The notes beneath the pieces were generated by a model. The model was not told where the DNA came from and ran no database searches. It worked only from the letters and a program-made list of their open reading frames with translations. Of a stretch of 64,000 bases of DNA, positions 63,501 to 64,000 are shown in pieces (within the stretch, counting starts at the first letter, position 1; each line of letters starts with the position of its first letter). Source of the stretch: Antedon mediterranea (lineage: Eukaryota; Animalia; Echinodermata); assembly GCF_964355755.1 (NCBI RefSeq), contig NC_092676.1, positions 22,090,871 through 22,154,870 on the forward strand, given 5' to 3'. The translations under genes and the position numbers were made by a program.

Positions 63501-63953
63501 CAAACTCGATACGGTATTATGATATTTACAAAGAACTTATTGTGGGATATCAATTCATTAAAATTCAAATAAAGATTACACGTACGTGTAGATGCATTCT
63601 CAAATTATTTATTAAAACTGCAAGCATTGTAGACTTATTATTAATTGTAGTGATGATGTTGATTGCCAGGCAAATCCTGACAATGACTCTAAGAATATGG
63701 TGATGACGAGGGTGGTTGTGATGGTGACGATATTGATAAGAGGCTAATTAGACCTTTATTGTATTTTTATCGGTTAATATTTTGACTGTTATTATAATAT
63801 ATTTACTACTTTTTTGTACGGTTCGATAGCCATCACAGCTTGTTGCTCTTGAAGACTTTGGATTTGTTTCATAAGTTCTTCAACATTCACTCGTTCAGCT
63901 GCTCTCTGCTTTTTTCTTTTACGCCGCTCCTTTTCGTCTCTTGCATCTAACGT
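60504..63953 (-). CDS. Orphan gene A, 3' part, coiled-coil protein (exons 63953-63810, 63273-63199, 61453-61349, 61070-60994, 60660-60504); starts right of window
   Basis: In-frame GT-AG chain TLDARDEKERRKRKK...|RDDTPESS...|DAQDIIKYIVDELDKLKVSLEEVRDM...|MEWAFHSS...|SKSPRSG...FAIK*. The donor at 63810 is weak. Confidence 0.65.
61631..61977. mobile_element. Kolobok-like MITE, inverted relative to the 57618 copy
   Basis: TIR AGATGTATTGTCCCC at both ends; internal sequence is the reverse complement of 57618-57955. Confidence 0.8.
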
Positions 63954-64000
63954 CTAAAAAATTAGAAAATGATATGTTAGTTATGTAGAATTCTAGTTAG

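Overview
AT-rich, intron-rich animal DNA; a marine invertebrate is plausible from the transposon families, but that is inference. The centrepiece is a plus-strand gene (11741-47535) that the ORF track essentially misses. It has a signal-peptide exon, an LRRNT exon, 16 near-identical 72-nt phase-2/phase-2 LRR exons in tandemly duplicated exon+intron units, two constant LRR exons, and an LGR/RXFP(GRL101)-type hinge exon. The hinge stops just before the frameshifted wreck of a 7TM domain. All 16 cassettes have rare GAG/AAG acceptors, and they differ almost only by non-synonymous changes concentrated at the concave-face positions of LxxLxLxxN. This suggests a secreted, GPCR-derived variable LRR receptor diversified by exon skipping and/or unequal crossover. 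Also present: the 5' exons of a TBC1D2-like gene (minus strand, head-to-head with the LRR gene), three tandem minus-strand orphan genes sharing a heptad exon, a 5S rRNA pseudogene, and many nested transposons (AcademX x2, Sola3, EnSpm with satellite, Kolobok/Harbinger/Tc1 MITEs, DIRS/Ngaro relic, LINE). All calls were read by eye; no searches were run.
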